A DNA stretch of 63,569 bases from Chiloscyllium plagiosum (GCF_004010195.1 NC_057750.1:16617733-16681301); one strand, 5' to 3'; positions 1 to 12,715 are shown, counted from the first letter of the stretch. Notes: generated from the sequence alone by a model not told the origin. Made by a program: numbers and translations.

Positions 1-844
1 TACAGGTCACTTCTACTCCAAAAGAGATTCCAATGATCCAAAAGTGTGAATCCTTCTCCCATACACCAGCTCCTCAGCCATGCATTCATCTGCTCTATCC
101 TCCTATTCCTGCCCTCACTAGCTTGTAGCACTGGGAGTAATCCAGATATTACTACCCTTGAGGACCTCCTTTTTAAATTTCTGCCTAACTCTCTGTAATC
201 TCCCTTCAGCGTCTCAACCTTTTCCCTTCCAATGTCATTGGTTCCAATGTGGACAATTGCCTCCTGCTGGCCCCTCTCCCCCGTGAGAGCATTCTGCACC
301 CTGTCTGAGACATCCTTGATTCTGGCACCAGGGAAACAACACACTATTCTGCTTTTTCTCTGCTGGCCACAGAAACGTCTGTCTGTACCTCTGACTACAG
401 AATCCCCCAACACAATTGATCTCTTGGAAGCCGACGTACCCATTGTTGCATTAGTGCCAGTCTCAATACCAGAAACTTGGCTGTTCACGCTACATTCCCC
501 TGAGAATCAATCACCCCCTACATTTTCGAAAACAGCATACCTGTTTGCAATGGGTATATCCACAAAAGACTCCTGCCCACGGTTCCAACCTCTCTCACCC
601 TTTCTGGAGTTAACCCATCTATGTGACTGTATCTGAGACATCCCCCCTTCCTATAACTGCCATCCATCACATACTGTTGCTGTTGCAAATTTCTCATCGC
701 TTCTATCTGTCTCTCCAACCGATCCACTCGATCTGATAAAATTTGCATCCAACAGCATTTATGGCAGATATAATCCTCAGTAACCCTTAAACTCTCTTTA
801 AGCTCCCACATCTGACAAGAAGTACATATCACTGCAAAGGCCAC
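1..844 (-). mobile_element. CR1 LINE ORF1 relic (zinc finger/coiled coil + GDSL/SGNH esterase), runs off window start
   Basis: ORF 518-844(-) AVICTSCQMW...YICHKC...LSDRVDRLERQIEAM. After a frameshift, 1-420(-) reads IVLGDSVVRGTDRRFCG...CCFPGARIKDV...IVHIGTNDIG...VVISGLLP...MNAWLRSWC, typical of the CR1 ORF1 esterase. Confidence 0.9.
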
Positions 845-879
845 TGTTACTCCTTATAACTGTAATGAAAGATGTAACT

Positions 880-1120
880 TGTAACCTTCACAATATTTAG
901 ATGTCGCAAAGTACCAGTGAGGTACTTTTCGAAGTGTAAATCTCTGCTGTAATTTAGGAAGCCTGATGGTTGTGCACAGCAAGCTCCCACAAGCAACAAT
1001 GTGACAATGACCAGACAATGTATTTTAGGATGTTGTTTAACTGATCAGTATTTGCCAGGACACTGGGAGGAACTCTCCTTGCTCATCTTCAAAATTGTCT
1101 GAGCATCTTCCAGGTTTACC
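880..1120 (-). mobile_element. Deu-domain SINE (SacSINE1/AmnSINE-like) remnant
   Basis: Reverse complement resembles the Deu core gagcag..gagtt..gtgtcctggc...ctggtcatt.tcacattg..g.ttgtgggagcttgctgtgc. Confidence 0.7.
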
Positions 1121-1224
1121 TGATGAGGAAGAGAAGGTCGATATTTCGTTGGCTTGTACCAGCCGCAGCACTATGAGCAGCATTCTGCTCTCAACAGGAC
1201 AGTTGATGTTGCAAACCTCCACTT

Positions 1225-1620
1225 GGAGACTCGTGCACAAACCTAAGGCTGACATTTCATGGTAGTATTGACAGAACATTGTATTGTTGGAGGGCTGTCT
1301 TTCAGATGTGTGACCTCAAAGGCTCTCTGGAATGGACTTGTAATATCCTTTGATATAATTTTGAAATGTAGCAGGGGAGTTATCCCTGATGTTTTGAGAA
1401 ATATTTTTCAATATTATTACGATTCAGATAACAACACACGAAGAGATGATCTGGTCATTACTTCACTGCTGTTTATGGGATCTTGCCGTGCCCCAAATGT
1501 CTGCCTTGTTTCCTACGATTACAAAAGTGACCAGATTTTTAAAAAACAAAGTCCTCACTGACTGCAACTATGCTTCTGCACATCAGAAAAGGCAACATAC
1601 AAATGTAAGTCATTTTTGTT
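1225..1620 (+). mobile_element. Deu-domain SINE remnant, divergent from previous copy
   Basis: aggctgacatttca...tctttcagatg...gcaggggagttatccctgatg...gatctggtcattacttcactgctgtttatgggatcttgccgtg...gtttcctacgattaca. Confidence 0.7.
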
Positions 1621-1664
1621 ATTCAGAGCCATGCGCTCCTGGTACCAGCGAAACGTTCCCTCAG

Positions 1665-2050
1665 CTTTACTGAGAAGAGTGGAGGCTGAGTGGTGACTTA
1701 AACTCAGGAGCCTAAAATAAAGTAGATCGGTAAGACCTGTTTGCCCTCATGGAGAGGTTATTTACCAATGGGCACACAGATTTAAGGTGATTATTTCAAG
1801 GGTTATAGAGGAAATGCTTTTCACGCAGAGTGTCAGGAGGGGTGGGATGTCTGGAATTCACTGCCCAGTTTGAAGGTTGAGGTGGAAATGTTCAACTTAT
1901 TTAAAAGCAACCTGGATCTACACCTGAAGAGCTCTAACCCGCAGAGCTACACACAGGATTGGAAGGAGCGGCTAGGAATTCTTTCTTACTGACTCAGACA
2001 TTATAGGCTGAGTGGCCTTCTCCTGCACCAATACTTTTCTATGATTCTGA
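1665..2050 (+). mobile_element. Old CR1 LINE 3' end
   Basis: gaggctgagtggtgactta...tttcacgcagagtg...tctggaattcactgccc...ggctgagtggcct...ttctatgattct tail. Confidence 0.7.
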
Positions 2051-2954
2051 AGTGATGCTGTTGGGAGTGAGTTAGCACTCAAATATTGGACAGAGACTAG
2101 AACCTCTAACTGAAAGATAAGAATCTATTCATTACGCCATGGTGCAGAAGACAATTGAGAAGGAGGTTTGAGCTCTGCACAAACATTCACTGGATCAAAC
2201 ACAATGTCTATAAAAACTACAAAGTACTGTTTTTATGTATGTCAAGGGCATTAAGCAGAGGTCAGAAGTTAATGTATTGGGAATACACAGCAAGATCCCT
2301 TCCACCAGGGGCCTGGGTTGAACATACAAGTTTCATAAATGGCATGATAGTGGTGCAAGAACCTTCAACAGGGGTTTGCTTCCGATCGGATCTGAGAGGT
2401 TAAGGAGAAATGAAAGCTGGATCTTGTCAGAGAGAAAGCGCAGCCGAGTAAGAAGGCCGGGAATGCGTGATTCCTGTTTTCATTTTATTTTTAGCCAGGA
2501 GATGGGAAGGGAAGTGAGAACCAGCTTTAGATTGGTGCAGCTATTCATGATTTTAAACAGAGGAAATGCTGTGTTTTCCTGGTTTAAAGATACACAGCGG
2601 CACGTTTGTGTGGGGGAGGCGGTGTTAACCCTTCTGGTGACCTAGCTTAACTGAGAGATGGTGGGGGAGACACTGATGGAGGCTGAATGAGTGAGAGAGA
2701 AAATTAGTTGAGCAATCAGAGTCAAGTCAGGATGATGTGTTGAGAGGGAAGAAAGTTTTTGGAACGGTTGAATTGTTTACCTTGCAGCCACCTCATGCTG
2801 TAGTCTGCCAATTTTACTTGTTTTATTTTCAGTCAAGGAGACCTGCGTCTTTGCATGCTCTTGTGTCTCAACCTTTGAGTTAATTTCTTCCCCTGTGTGG
2901 GAGACATTCCTCAATCAAATGGGCATCCTTCATGTCTGAACCTGACACAAGGTT

Positions 2955-3062
2955 TCCAGTTCTGTAGAAGAGTCACTGGACTCGAAATGTTAACTGATTG
3001 ATTTCTCTCCACAGATGCTGCCAGACCCGCTGAACTTTTCCAACAGTTTCTGTTTTTCGTCA
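2955..3062 (+). mobile_element. Penelope-like terminal repeat remnant, family C, with hammerhead-like core
   Basis: cagtt-CTGtAGA-a-gagtc-actg-gactc-GAAA-tg-TT-aactg (stems I and II pair; one core substitution), followed by ctctccacagatgctgccagacc. Confidence 0.7.
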
Positions 3063-3319
3063 AGACTTTCCCCACCACTATCCATTCCCCCCCCCCCCCC
3101 CCCCCTCAATCCAGATAGTGCGGGATGCAGGGTCCCTCAGTAGCTGCCCTTGACCTCACTCTAAGCCTCACCCAGTATCCAGGCAGCTGCCCATGAGGGT
3201 GGCTGAAGGCCACTTGGCAGGAAGGAATTAGACTCGAATAGCAGGTGCTGCAATGGTTACAGATCCACACCTGCTGCGCCAGATAATTGTGAGTTCATGT
3301 CTCACTCCAGAGGCATACA

Positions 3320-3645
3320 CATTGCAGTGAAATACTGAGGGAGTGCTGCACTATCTGAAAAGCCATCTTTTGGATGAACTGCTAAGCCTCACCAGAGGCA
3401 ACAGATTGCAGTCATTATTTCAAAAAAGAACACGGGAGTTGTCCCATGGTTCATTTTTCATTTGACGAGTTTTGCCAATGCAGACAATCTGATCGTTATC
3501 TCAGTCCTTCTGGTTGGAGCTAGCTGTGTGCTGGTCGATCGCTGTAATTTCTACCTTTGTTGACTGTCTGACAACAAAGTACTTTAACTGGGTGTAAAGT
3601 TCTTTGCAGCGCCACATAGGCAGCTAAATAAATGCAAGATCTTCT
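3320..3645 (+). mobile_element. Deu-domain SINE
   Basis: tactgagggagtgctgcactatctgaaa-gccatcttttggatga...ggagttgtccc...gcagacaatctgatcgttatc...taaataaatgcaagatctt tail. Confidence 0.7.
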
Positions 3646-4129
3646 CAGCTGGAGTGCAGGCCTCTCAGGGTTAAATGCTTCAATAGCTGGAATTTTGGGA
3701 AGGTACTTCTTGCACTTTGGAGTGACCTATTTATGGACCTGGATTTCCGGCCGAGAGGAAACAGCTGCTGAGGGTTGGCGCACACACTTTGTACCATCTG
3801 TGCCATCCTGCCCTCATTCGCAAACTCTCCGCATTCTTGCTCTACCCTTCGCCATATCCTTGAAAATATAACAAAAAATAGACCGGAGCCAAAATTTAAC
3901 AAAAAGAAAAGCCTTGTCCTTATAATTCAGTCCGAGCTGTCTACAACTGGTTTACTTTTTCTATTTCTTGAATGCACTTATCCCAGTTACCTGCTTGAGC
4001 CTCATCGTGTTCAATCCTGTATATTACAGTATATTACTCTGTGGCCCCATTCCTGCCAACTCAAGCATCAACCCAGGATCTCATGTCCCAGTGACCATTC
4101 TGCACTGGGTAAGGCCTCTTCCTCCAACA

Positions 4130-5353
4130 ACCTGGAGCTACTAAGGACTGAAGATGATGGAAGTCAGAGTCGATAAAATATGGAGCTGGAAGAGCACAGC
4201 AGGTCAGACAGCATTGGAGGAGCAGGAAAGTCGACATTTTGGATCAGGACCCTTCATCAAGACTGGGGAAGGGGAAGGGAGCTCAGAAATAAATAGAGGG
4301 AGGGGGTTGGGGCTGGGGGAAAGGTAGGTGGGATGGTGATAGGTGGATGCAGGTGGAGGTTATGGTGATTGGTCAGTGGGAAAGATGGAGCAGATAGGTG
4401 AGAAGGAAGATGGACGGGTTAGGTCATGGAGGCAGGGAAAAGGAGGGCTGAACATGGGATAAGGTTGGGGTGGGGAGATTTTGAAGCTAGTGAACTCTAT
4501 GTTGAGGCCATTGGGCTGTAAGCTCCTGAGGTGGAATGTAAGGTGATGTTCCTCCAGTTTGTGTGTGGCCTCATTTTGACAATGGGGGAGTCCCAAGATG
4601 GACTGTTGCCAATGCAGTGGGAGGGGGAGTCAAATGGCTGGCAAACAGAAGGTGGTGTTGATTGGAGCGTACAGAGCGCAGATGCTCCGCAAATCAGTCC
4701 TCAAGTCTGCGTTTGGTCTCTCCAATATAGAGGAGACCACATCAGGAGCAAAGGATGCAATACACCAGGTTAGAAGAAGTGCAAGTGAATCACTGCTGGA
4801 TTTGGAATGATTGTTTGGGGCCTTGGACAGAAGTGAAGAGGGGAGGTGTAGGGATAGGTGTTGCATTTCCTGCAGTTGCCGGGAAAGGTGCCAGGTGTGG
4901 AGGAGAGGTTGACAGGGAGTGCAGAACTGACGAGGAAGATGTGGAGTGAACATTCCCTGCAGAAAGCAAATAGGGGTGGGGAAGGAAGTATCTTTTTGGT
5001 GGTGGGGTCTGACTGCAAGTGGCGAAAATAGCAAAATCTCTCCACCCCCAACCTCGTCCCATGTCCAGCCCTCCTGCCTCCTTGACCTGAACTAACCTGT
5101 CCACCTTCCTTCTCACCTATCCACTCCATTCTTGCCACTGACCAATCACAATAACGCCCCACCTCCATCCACCTAACACCGTCCCAACGACCTTTTCCTG
5201 CATATCAGCCCCAACACCCTCCCCTCTATTTATTTCTGAGCTCCCTTCCCCCTCCCCAGTCCTGATGAAGAGTCCTGACCTGAAATGTTGACTTGCCTGC
5301 TCCTCCAGTGCTGTCTGACCTGCTGTGACTTTCCAGCTCCACATTTTATTGAT
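4130..5353 (-). mobile_element. Penelope-like retroelement fragment: GIY-YIG endonuclease C-terminus between inverted terminal repeats (family A variant)
   Basis: Minus strand encodes FRHLQSDPTTK..FPGNCRKCNTYPY..QGPKQSFQI..FTCTSSNLVYCILCS*CGLLYIGETKRRL..FAEHLRSV..KLEEHHLTFHLRSLQPNGLNIEF. ~4165-4485 is inverted to ~5030-5353. Flanking direct repeat tcttcctccaaca at 4117-4129 and 5354-5366. Confidence 0.9.
5258..5293 (+). ncRNA. Minimal hammerhead ribozyme motif (degenerate) in PLE terminal repeat
   Basis: agtc-CTGATGA-a-gagtcctgacct-GAAA-tg-tt-gact; mirrored on - strand at ~4229-4263. Confidence 0.65.
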
Positions 5354-5379
5354 TCTTCCTCCAACATCTTTCCCTACCT

Positions 5380-5572
5380 TGACTGAAAAAGCATTGGGAA
5401 ATACTTAGAACTGAGGTGGTGAGGGAATAGTGGCAGAGACATTTACAAAGTATTTAGATGTGCACTTGCAAGCCAAGGCATATAAGGTCAAGTGCTGGAA
5501 AATGGGATTGGAATGGTTAGGTGGTTGGACACAATTGGGCTGAAGGGCCTTTTATCTGTGCTGTAGATCTGT
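5380..5572 (+). mobile_element. CR1 3' end remnant
   Basis: acatttacaaagtatttagatgtgcacttg...tgctggaaaatgggatt...gggctgaagggcct. Confidence 0.65.
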
Positions 5573-5574
5573 AC

Positions 5575-5895
5575 AGTAGTAATATCATTGAACTAGTAAT
5601 AGATGACCCCAGGCTAATGTTCTGGAGTCCTGGGTTCAAATCGCACCACAACAGATTGTGAAATTGGTGTTCAGTAAAAGTCTGGAGTTAAGAAGCTCGC
5701 TTAATGGTGACCCATTGGTCTCTTTTGGCTATTTTCTAATAAAAACCATCTCATTCTGCTACCTTTACCTGGTCTGACCAATATGTGACTCCAGACCCAC
5801 AGCAGTGTGGTTAACTTAACTGCCCTCTGAGCAGTTAGGGATGGACAATAAATGTTGCCCTAGCCAGTGATGCCAACATCACTTGAACAAATTTT
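5575..5895 (+). mobile_element. tRNA-like SINE, family 3 (tail shared with LINE family 2)
   Basis: B-box-like gggttcaaatc; body atgtgactccagacccacagcagtgtggtt; tail gcagttagggatggacaataaatg..ctagccagtga. Confidence 0.7.
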
Positions 5896-6149
5896 GTTTT
5901 AGAAATTATAACAATCAGGGAAGATTGAATCAGCTAGGGCCTGGTTGAGGGATGACAGGAAGATTATGTAATGGATTATGAAATTGCACCTAGAGAATGT
6001 AGTAAGATTAAAACCCACACTCTTGTAAGCAGCTTTATTGAATACAGGTATAGACAGAGGGTGTTGAGATAGGACATCTTCTCTCGCTGTAGTTCCAAGT
6101 GACCTGACACCACTATGACAGCGCCTTTCCCACCCGCTCAGTATCTACT

Positions 6150-6662
6150 CCTAGAGGAAATGTTTCTCTTGTGGTGAAAGCCAAAATGTGGAGGCCATGA
6201 ATAAAAGATGGTCAATAAAGAGTCTAATAGGGAATTAAAAGGTGGTGAGAACATGGAACTCAGTACCACAGAGAGTAGTTGAGACAAAACATTCAGAAAA
6301 AGCTAGACAAACACATATGTATGAGGAAAGAAATGGAAGGATAATGTGATGGCGACATATGGGAGAAAGGTAATGTACAGCAGGAGAATCAACAGGGACC
6401 AGTTGAATTGAATGGGCTATTTCTTTGTTGTCTATTTTACATAATATCTGAATACATTGGAGCATATAAAATAGGACAGGATTCAGCATCTGGACTCATC
6501 TCTGCCATTCAACCAGATAATGGCTGATTGACTACCTTAATGCAATTTTTGATCTATCTAGAAATGTATTGATTTCCGTCTTGAACATGCTCAATGATTG
6601 AGCCTCTGGGGTAGAGAACTACCCTCTGAGTGGAGAAATGTTTCCTCAACTCAGCCTTAATC
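6150..6662. mobile_element. Two old CR1 3' remnants, tail-to-tail (+ 6150-6430, - 6480-6662)
   Basis: ggtggtgagaacatggaactcagtaccacagagagtagttgag on +; ctctggggtagagaa..accctctgagtggagaaatgtttcctc on -. Confidence 0.55.
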
Positions 6663-6919
6663 TGAGAGAAATGAGGTAAGTTCATTGGTGAGGATGGTAA
6701 CCATGCCTTACTGATTTCAGCCTGCTCCTTACTGACACTGCTGTTCATCTTGGCCAATGTTTGTCCCTTCTGAGTGTGTGCAGTGCCCAGTGGGAAGCTC
6801 CCAAGTCTGATGGCGTGTTCTCACTGCAGTAGGACTGGCATCAAAGACCATATGCAGGGCTGTCATTGTAAAGCTGCACCTGAATAAATGCCCAGCGCAA
6901 GCTGCAAAGTAGAAGATAG

Positions 6920-7300
6920 AATAGCGCCTTTCGTAAACTTGGGACATCCCAAAGCATTTTGCAGTCAATGAAGTACCTTTGAAATGTTGTCATTTACTGC
7001 AAGGCACAAAAAGAAGCAGTCAATTTGTGCGTAGCAAGATCCCACAAACTCCAGAGTGTTAATGACCAGATAATATGTTTTGCTGATATTAGTTGACAGA
7101 CCAATGGTGGCCAGAGCCCTGATTAGAACTTCCTTTCTGTTTTATGCATCTTTCACACATTTCTCTGAGGGGACAGACAGGTGCAGAGTTGAAACCTTAT
7201 TCTGAAAGATGGCACCTCCAACAGTGTAGCATTTCCTCAGTACTGGAACCTCAGCCTACATGATCTGTTCAATTTGCTGAAACGGGGTTGAGTTTAGGAT
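6920..7300 (-). mobile_element. Deu-domain SINE
   Basis: atagcgcctttcg...gacatcccaaagcatttt...caatttgtgcgtagcaagatcccacaaac...aatgaccagataat...gaaagatggcacctccaacagtgtagcatttcctcagtactg. Confidence 0.75.
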
Positions 7301-8444
7301 TCCCCCCCCAAGTCAGGCCTGAGAGCGGTACCATTGGTGCAAGGCTGCCAGTCCTGGGCACAAAGTCGGCTTGAAATGATAAGGGAGCATACACTTGGAT
7401 AACTACTAATGCAATGAGAAGGAGTTGGTGCTTTGATCAGTTGTAGCATTCCCACCTTTGAGTCAGAGAAAGCTGTTACCACCAGATGAGGGGGTGGGGA
7501 GAGGAACGGCTTCTCTGTCATTTCCTCCTCATTTCATGGTAATAGGCGTGTTTAAAATTTGAAAACATGCACTTGCCAATTCAGGAGCATGCTTAACCGT
7601 TTGCATGCGGCCTGAAAAGAATCAGGCAGGAGATTTTATTTGAATGTATTGTTCTAAAACGGACCTGGGTAAAATTATTAAAGGATTTGTATAGATCCTG
7701 AACACATATGTGGGGAGGCTGTCAGCACTGCTGCTACCACACGACTTTGGCTGACCACGAAACATTCCCTGCCTTCTTGAGGTCACTGATGTGTAGTTTC
7801 GGTAGTATCAGAGGGTTAATAAATTCATCACGAAGCTTCCCACACTTGGCAGTCAGCCTATTAGAACATTATTTTGTTGGGGCCTGCTGAATGATTAGAA
7901 AACAAGCTGGTAACCTGATGGATCTAACAGCGGCAACTGCGTGTCCAGCTGTGACAGGCTGACTGGTCACCTCAAAGCCAGGTCAGAGGTCACTTACTGC
8001 TGATCGTGTGCTTTGCGGTGTGGGAGCCTGAGGTAAAGGATCAGAGCTCATGGCCTGAGCCCTGTGAAACTTCAACCAGAGGAAATTCGAACAGGAAGTA
8101 TTAGGAAGCCAGACTTGAGTCACTGGGGAGTAATGATGCTACAAGTGTCTGAATGGTCTACATGTGTTCATTCTTTAAATGTCCATGTCATTGCCTCCCC
8201 TCTGCCCCACCCCCACCCGCATCCTCCTCCAAATGCTGAAACCATATTTAGAAAACTACACTTATTTATTATTGCCCTGTAATCCTCAAAATAAATGCTG
8301 TTTTGTGTTGTACCATCCAGGCCTTACATTTCCTCCATAGCTTTCCTGCTAAGAATAGAGAGGAAATCAACAACAGCATCACAGAGGTCATTCTGTCCCT
8401 CATCTTCTATGCTGGCTTTCTGAAAGTGATATGTGCTCTGTAAC

Positions 8445-8765
8445 ATTCATAGAATCATAGAATCTCAACGAGTGTGGCAGCGGGACATTTGGCCCATCAC
8501 CAAACCTCCAAGAGCCTCCCACCCAGACCCACCCCCTCACTACCTTATCCCTGTAACTCTGCATTTCCCATGGCTAATCCACCCAGTGCACACATCCCTA
8601 GACACTGTAGGCAATTTAGCATGGCCATACTAACCTGCACCTAACCTGCACATCTTTGGAGTGTGGGAGGAAACCAGAGCACTGCAGAAAACCCACTCAG
8701 AAAAAGGGAAAATGTGCAAAGTCCTCACAGAATGTCATCTGAAGGTGGAAACGAGCCCAGGTCCC
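8445..8765 (-). mobile_element. HE1 (V-SINE) copy, diverged
   Basis: ggcaatttagcatggcc...aacctgcacatctttggagtgtgggaggaaacc; catagaatcatagaat tail. Confidence 0.85.
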
Positions 8766-9224
8766 TTTTCCAATTCTGATACTTCTCCATAAAAATGCTT
8801 CAGATTTTACCTTTACCTCTATGATCAAATTTGTAATCATTGCTCCAACAATATTCTGGATGAGAAAGATCTCTTAAAATAATTCCTGCTTCTTTTATTT
8901 TTGCCTTCTACTTCTCTTCTACTTACAAAGTCTGATTAACAACTCACTGACAATTAGAAATAGCTGCCAATAGCATATCTTTATTAACCTGTCAGCACTT
9001 TAGCTTTAAACCCACAGCTTCATTTCCTAACCTACTTGTGTAATTATGTGACATTATAAAGATTTTTGATGAGAGAAGAAAAATGAAGAAACTTGTTTTT
9101 AAGCAGTGCTTTTTTCCACTTCGGATCACTTCTGCTGGCATTCCTTTGACGCCTAGTCACTGCCGTAATGCAGTAACCACAAGAGCCAATTCACACACCG
9201 TAGGATCCCACGAAGAGCTACATG

Positions 9225-11745
9225 ACACAGTCAGAGCATCATATAACATAGAAACAGACCTTTCAGTCCAACCCGTCTATGCCTGACATAATTCCAAATT
9301 AAACTAGTCCTATCTGCCTGCACTCGGACCATATACCACCAAACATTTCTTATTCATTTACTTTTAAACATTGTAACTGTACCCACATCCGCCACATCCT
9401 CTGGAAGTTCATTCCACATGTCAAAAAGTTGAAGTTCTAAATTGGAGAAAGGCCAATTTTGACGGTATTAGGCAAGAGCTTTCAAAAGCTGATTGGAGGC
9501 AGATGTTCGCAAGTAAAGGGATGGCTGGAAAGTGGGAGGCCTTCAGAAATGAGATAACGAGAATCTAGAGAAAGTATATTCCTGTCAGGGTGAAAGGGAA
9601 GGCTGGTAGGTATGGGGAATGCTGGATGATGAAAGAAATTGAGGGTTTGGTTAAGAAAAAGAAGGAAGCATATGTCAGGTATAGACAGGATAGATCGAGT
9701 GAATCCTTAGAAGAGTATAAAGAAAGTAGGAGTATACTTAAGAGGGAAATCAGGAGGGCAAAACGGGGACATGAAATAACGTTGGCAAATAGAATTAAGG
9801 AGAATCCAAAGGGTTTTTACAAATATATTAAGGACAAAAGAGTAACAATGGAGAGAATAGGGTCCCTCAAAGATCAGCAAGGCGGCCTTTGTGTGGAGCC
9901 ACAGAATATGGGGGAGATACTAAGTGAATATTTTGCATCAGTATTTACTGTGGAAAAGAATATGGAAGATATAGACAGTAGGGAAATAGATGGTGACATC
10001 TTGCAAAATGTCCAGATTACAGAGGAGGAAGTGCTGGATGTCTTGAAATGGTTAAAGGCGGATAAATCCCAGGACCTGATCAGGGGTACCCGAGAACTCT
10101 GTGGGAAGCTGGAGAAGTGATTGCTAGGCCTCTTGCTGAGATATTTGTATCATCGATAGTCACAGGTGAGGTGCTGGAAGACTGGAGCTTGTCAAATGTG
10201 GTGCCACTGTTTAAGAAGGGCGGTAAAGACAAGCCGGGGAACTATAGACCGGTGAGCCTGACCTCGGTGGTGGGCAAGTTGTTGGAGGGAATCCTGAGGG
10301 ACATGATGTGCATGTATTTGGAAAGGCAAGGACTGATTCGGGATGGTCAGCCTGGCTTTGTGCGTAGGAAATCATGTCTCACGAACTTGATTGAGTTTTT
10401 TGAAGAAGTAACAAAGAAGATTGAAGAGGGCAGAGCAGTAGATGTGATCTATATGGACTTCAGTATGGCATTCGACAAGGTTCCCCATGGGAGACTGATT
10501 AGCAAGGTTAGATCTCATGGAATAAAGGGAGGACTAGCCACTTGGATACAGAACTTGCTCAAAGGTAGAAGGCAGAGGGTGGTGGTGGAGGGTTGTTTTT
10601 CAGACTGGAGGCTTGTGACCAACGGAGTGCCAAAAGGATCAGTGCTGGATCCTCTACTTTTTGTCATTTACATAAATGATTTGGATGCGAGCAAAGAGGT
10701 ACAGTTAATAAGTTTGCAGATGACACCAAAATTAGAGGTATAGTGGACAGTGAAGAGGGTTCCCTCAGATTACAACAGGATCTGGACCAGATGGACCAAT
10801 GGGCTGAGAAGTGGCAGATGGAGTTTAATTCAGATAAATGCGATGTGCTGTCATGTTGTGGCTGTACAGGACATTGGTTAGGCCACTATTGGAATATTGC
10901 CTGCAATTCTGGTCTCCTTCCTATCGGAAAGATGTTGTGAAACTTGAAAGGGTTCAGAAAAGATTTACAAGGATGTTGCCAGGGTTGGAGGATCTGAGCT
11001 TCAGGGAGAGGCTGAACGAGCTGGGCTGTTTTACCTGAAGCGTCGGAGGCTGAGGGGTGACATTGTAAAGGTTTACAAAATTATGAGGGGCATGGATAGG
11101 ATAAATAGACAAAGTCTTTTCCCTGGGATCGGGGAGTCCAGAACTAGAGGGCATAGGTTTAGGGTGAGAGGGGAAAGATATAAAAGAGTCCTAAGGGGCA
11201 ACATTTTCACGCAGAGGGTGGTACGTGTATGGAATGAGCTGCCAGAGGATGTGGTGGAGGTTGGTACAATTGTAACATTTAAGAGGCATTTGGATGGGTA
11301 TATGAATTGGAAGGGTTTGGGGGGATATGGGCCGGGTGCTGGCAGGTGGGACTAGATTGGGTTGGGATATCTGATCGGCGTGGACGGGTTGGACCAAATG
11401 GTCTGTTTCCATGCTGTACGTCTCTGTGACTCTATGACTCTATAACTCTGCGTAAGAAAATTGCCCCCATGTCTTTTTAAAATTTTTCTGTTGTCACCTT
11501 AAAAATGTGCCCCCTAGTCTTGAAATTCCCCACCCTAAGGAAAAGTCATCTGCCATTAACCTTATTTATATTCCTCATGATTTTATAAACCTCTATAAGG
11601 TCACACCTCAACCTTCTATGCTCCAGTGAAAAAGGTCCCAGCCTATCCAGCCTCAAACCCTCCATTCCCAGCAACATCCTTGTAAATCTTTTCTGAACCG
11701 TCTCCAGGTTTACTGATATTCTTCCTGTCACAGGGTGACCAGAAC
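9225..11745 (-). mobile_element. CR1 3' fragment (9225-9420 and 11450-11745) split by a younger opposite-strand CR1
   Basis: Both pieces are antisense CR1 3' sequence and join colinearly; 11546-11731(-) LETVQKRFTRMLLGMEGL...LIEVYKIM. Confidence 0.8.
9435..11448 (+). mobile_element. 5'-truncated CR1 LINE (HER1-like) ORF2 reverse transcriptase, frameshifted
   Basis: ORFs 9590-11355: IKENPKGFYKYIK, VVPLFKKG..PGNYRPVSLTSVVGKLLE, SCLTNLIEFFE, VIYMDFS.AFDKVPH, GVPKGSVL.PLLFVIYINDLD, FADD (tttgcagatgac), LERVQKRFTRMLPG; gactctat-type tail at ~11425-11448. Confidence 0.95.
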
Positions 11746-12414
11746 CAGATAAACCCTTTGATTTCAGGTGATAGTTAATGAATGAAAGTGGCTGTGAGAA
11801 CTCCCCTCTTTATCTTCAAAGTCAGACAAAGTATTTTTTACATTCTCTCAAGATGGTAAACGTGGAGGTTTTCTGGGGCAGCAGGCAATATCTCTACCTC
11901 TGAACCAGGAACTTCCAGTCCAAGTCCCACTCTGAGACTTGATTGACAGTGAAGATACATTTTTAGTGCAGCCAAAGAGGTTGAGGATCAACATGTAACT
12001 CCTGCCAAAAGATACCAATAGCAGACAGCAAGAAAGATTCCTAGTCAGCCATCTGATGAAAAGAACATTGGAGCTTCTACTGTCCCTATGTAAATTCAGA
12101 TTATAACACAAATGAAAAAGTGTATGTTGTCATGGCAACTGATAAATGCAAATAGTAACCCACACACACACGAGAGAACAGGCAGCTCTTTAATTTACAA
12201 GTAGCTCATTAGTCCCTCATCTATGTCTGAGAAGCAGTGAGAGGGAGGGAAGGAAGGTGTCTACCGGTGCAGGAAAGTTCAAGGAAGTGGGTGTAAGGCC
12301 AAAGACTGAGTGTGCGAGTTTCATAGGGCAGAAAGAGCCAATGGAATTTGGAAAGGAGGAGATGGAACCATAACATGTAATAGGGTGTGTCAGTTGGGGC
12401 TTGGGGTTTTGTGG

Positions 12415-12715
12415 TTTTGAAAGGCCACACCTTTCAACCACATGACTTCTACTATCTAGACTCACGGGCAGCAGATACATTTCCAATCAAGACCCTCTGC
12501 AAGTTCCCCTCCAAGTCACACACCATCCTGATTTGGAAATATATCGCCATTCCTTCAGTGTTGCTGGGTCAACATCCTGGCACTCCCTCCCTAACAGGTG
12601 TCTCTGCACCATGTGGACTGCAGTGGTTCAAGCAGACAGTTCACCACCATGTCTTCAAGGGCAATTAGGGATGGTCTAGCCAGTGACACTGACCATCCAT
12701 GAAAGAATGAAAACC
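12415..12715 (+). mobile_element. LINE family 2 (CR1/L2 group) 3' end
   Basis: tgcaagttcccctccaagtcacacaccatcctgatttggaaatatatcgcc...ggactgcagtggttcaag...gggcaattagggatgg. Confidence 0.75.

Noticed and set aside
6665..6685. Consensus donor gag|gtaagt
   Set aside because: It directly follows a CR1 remnant and has no plausible upstream acceptor.
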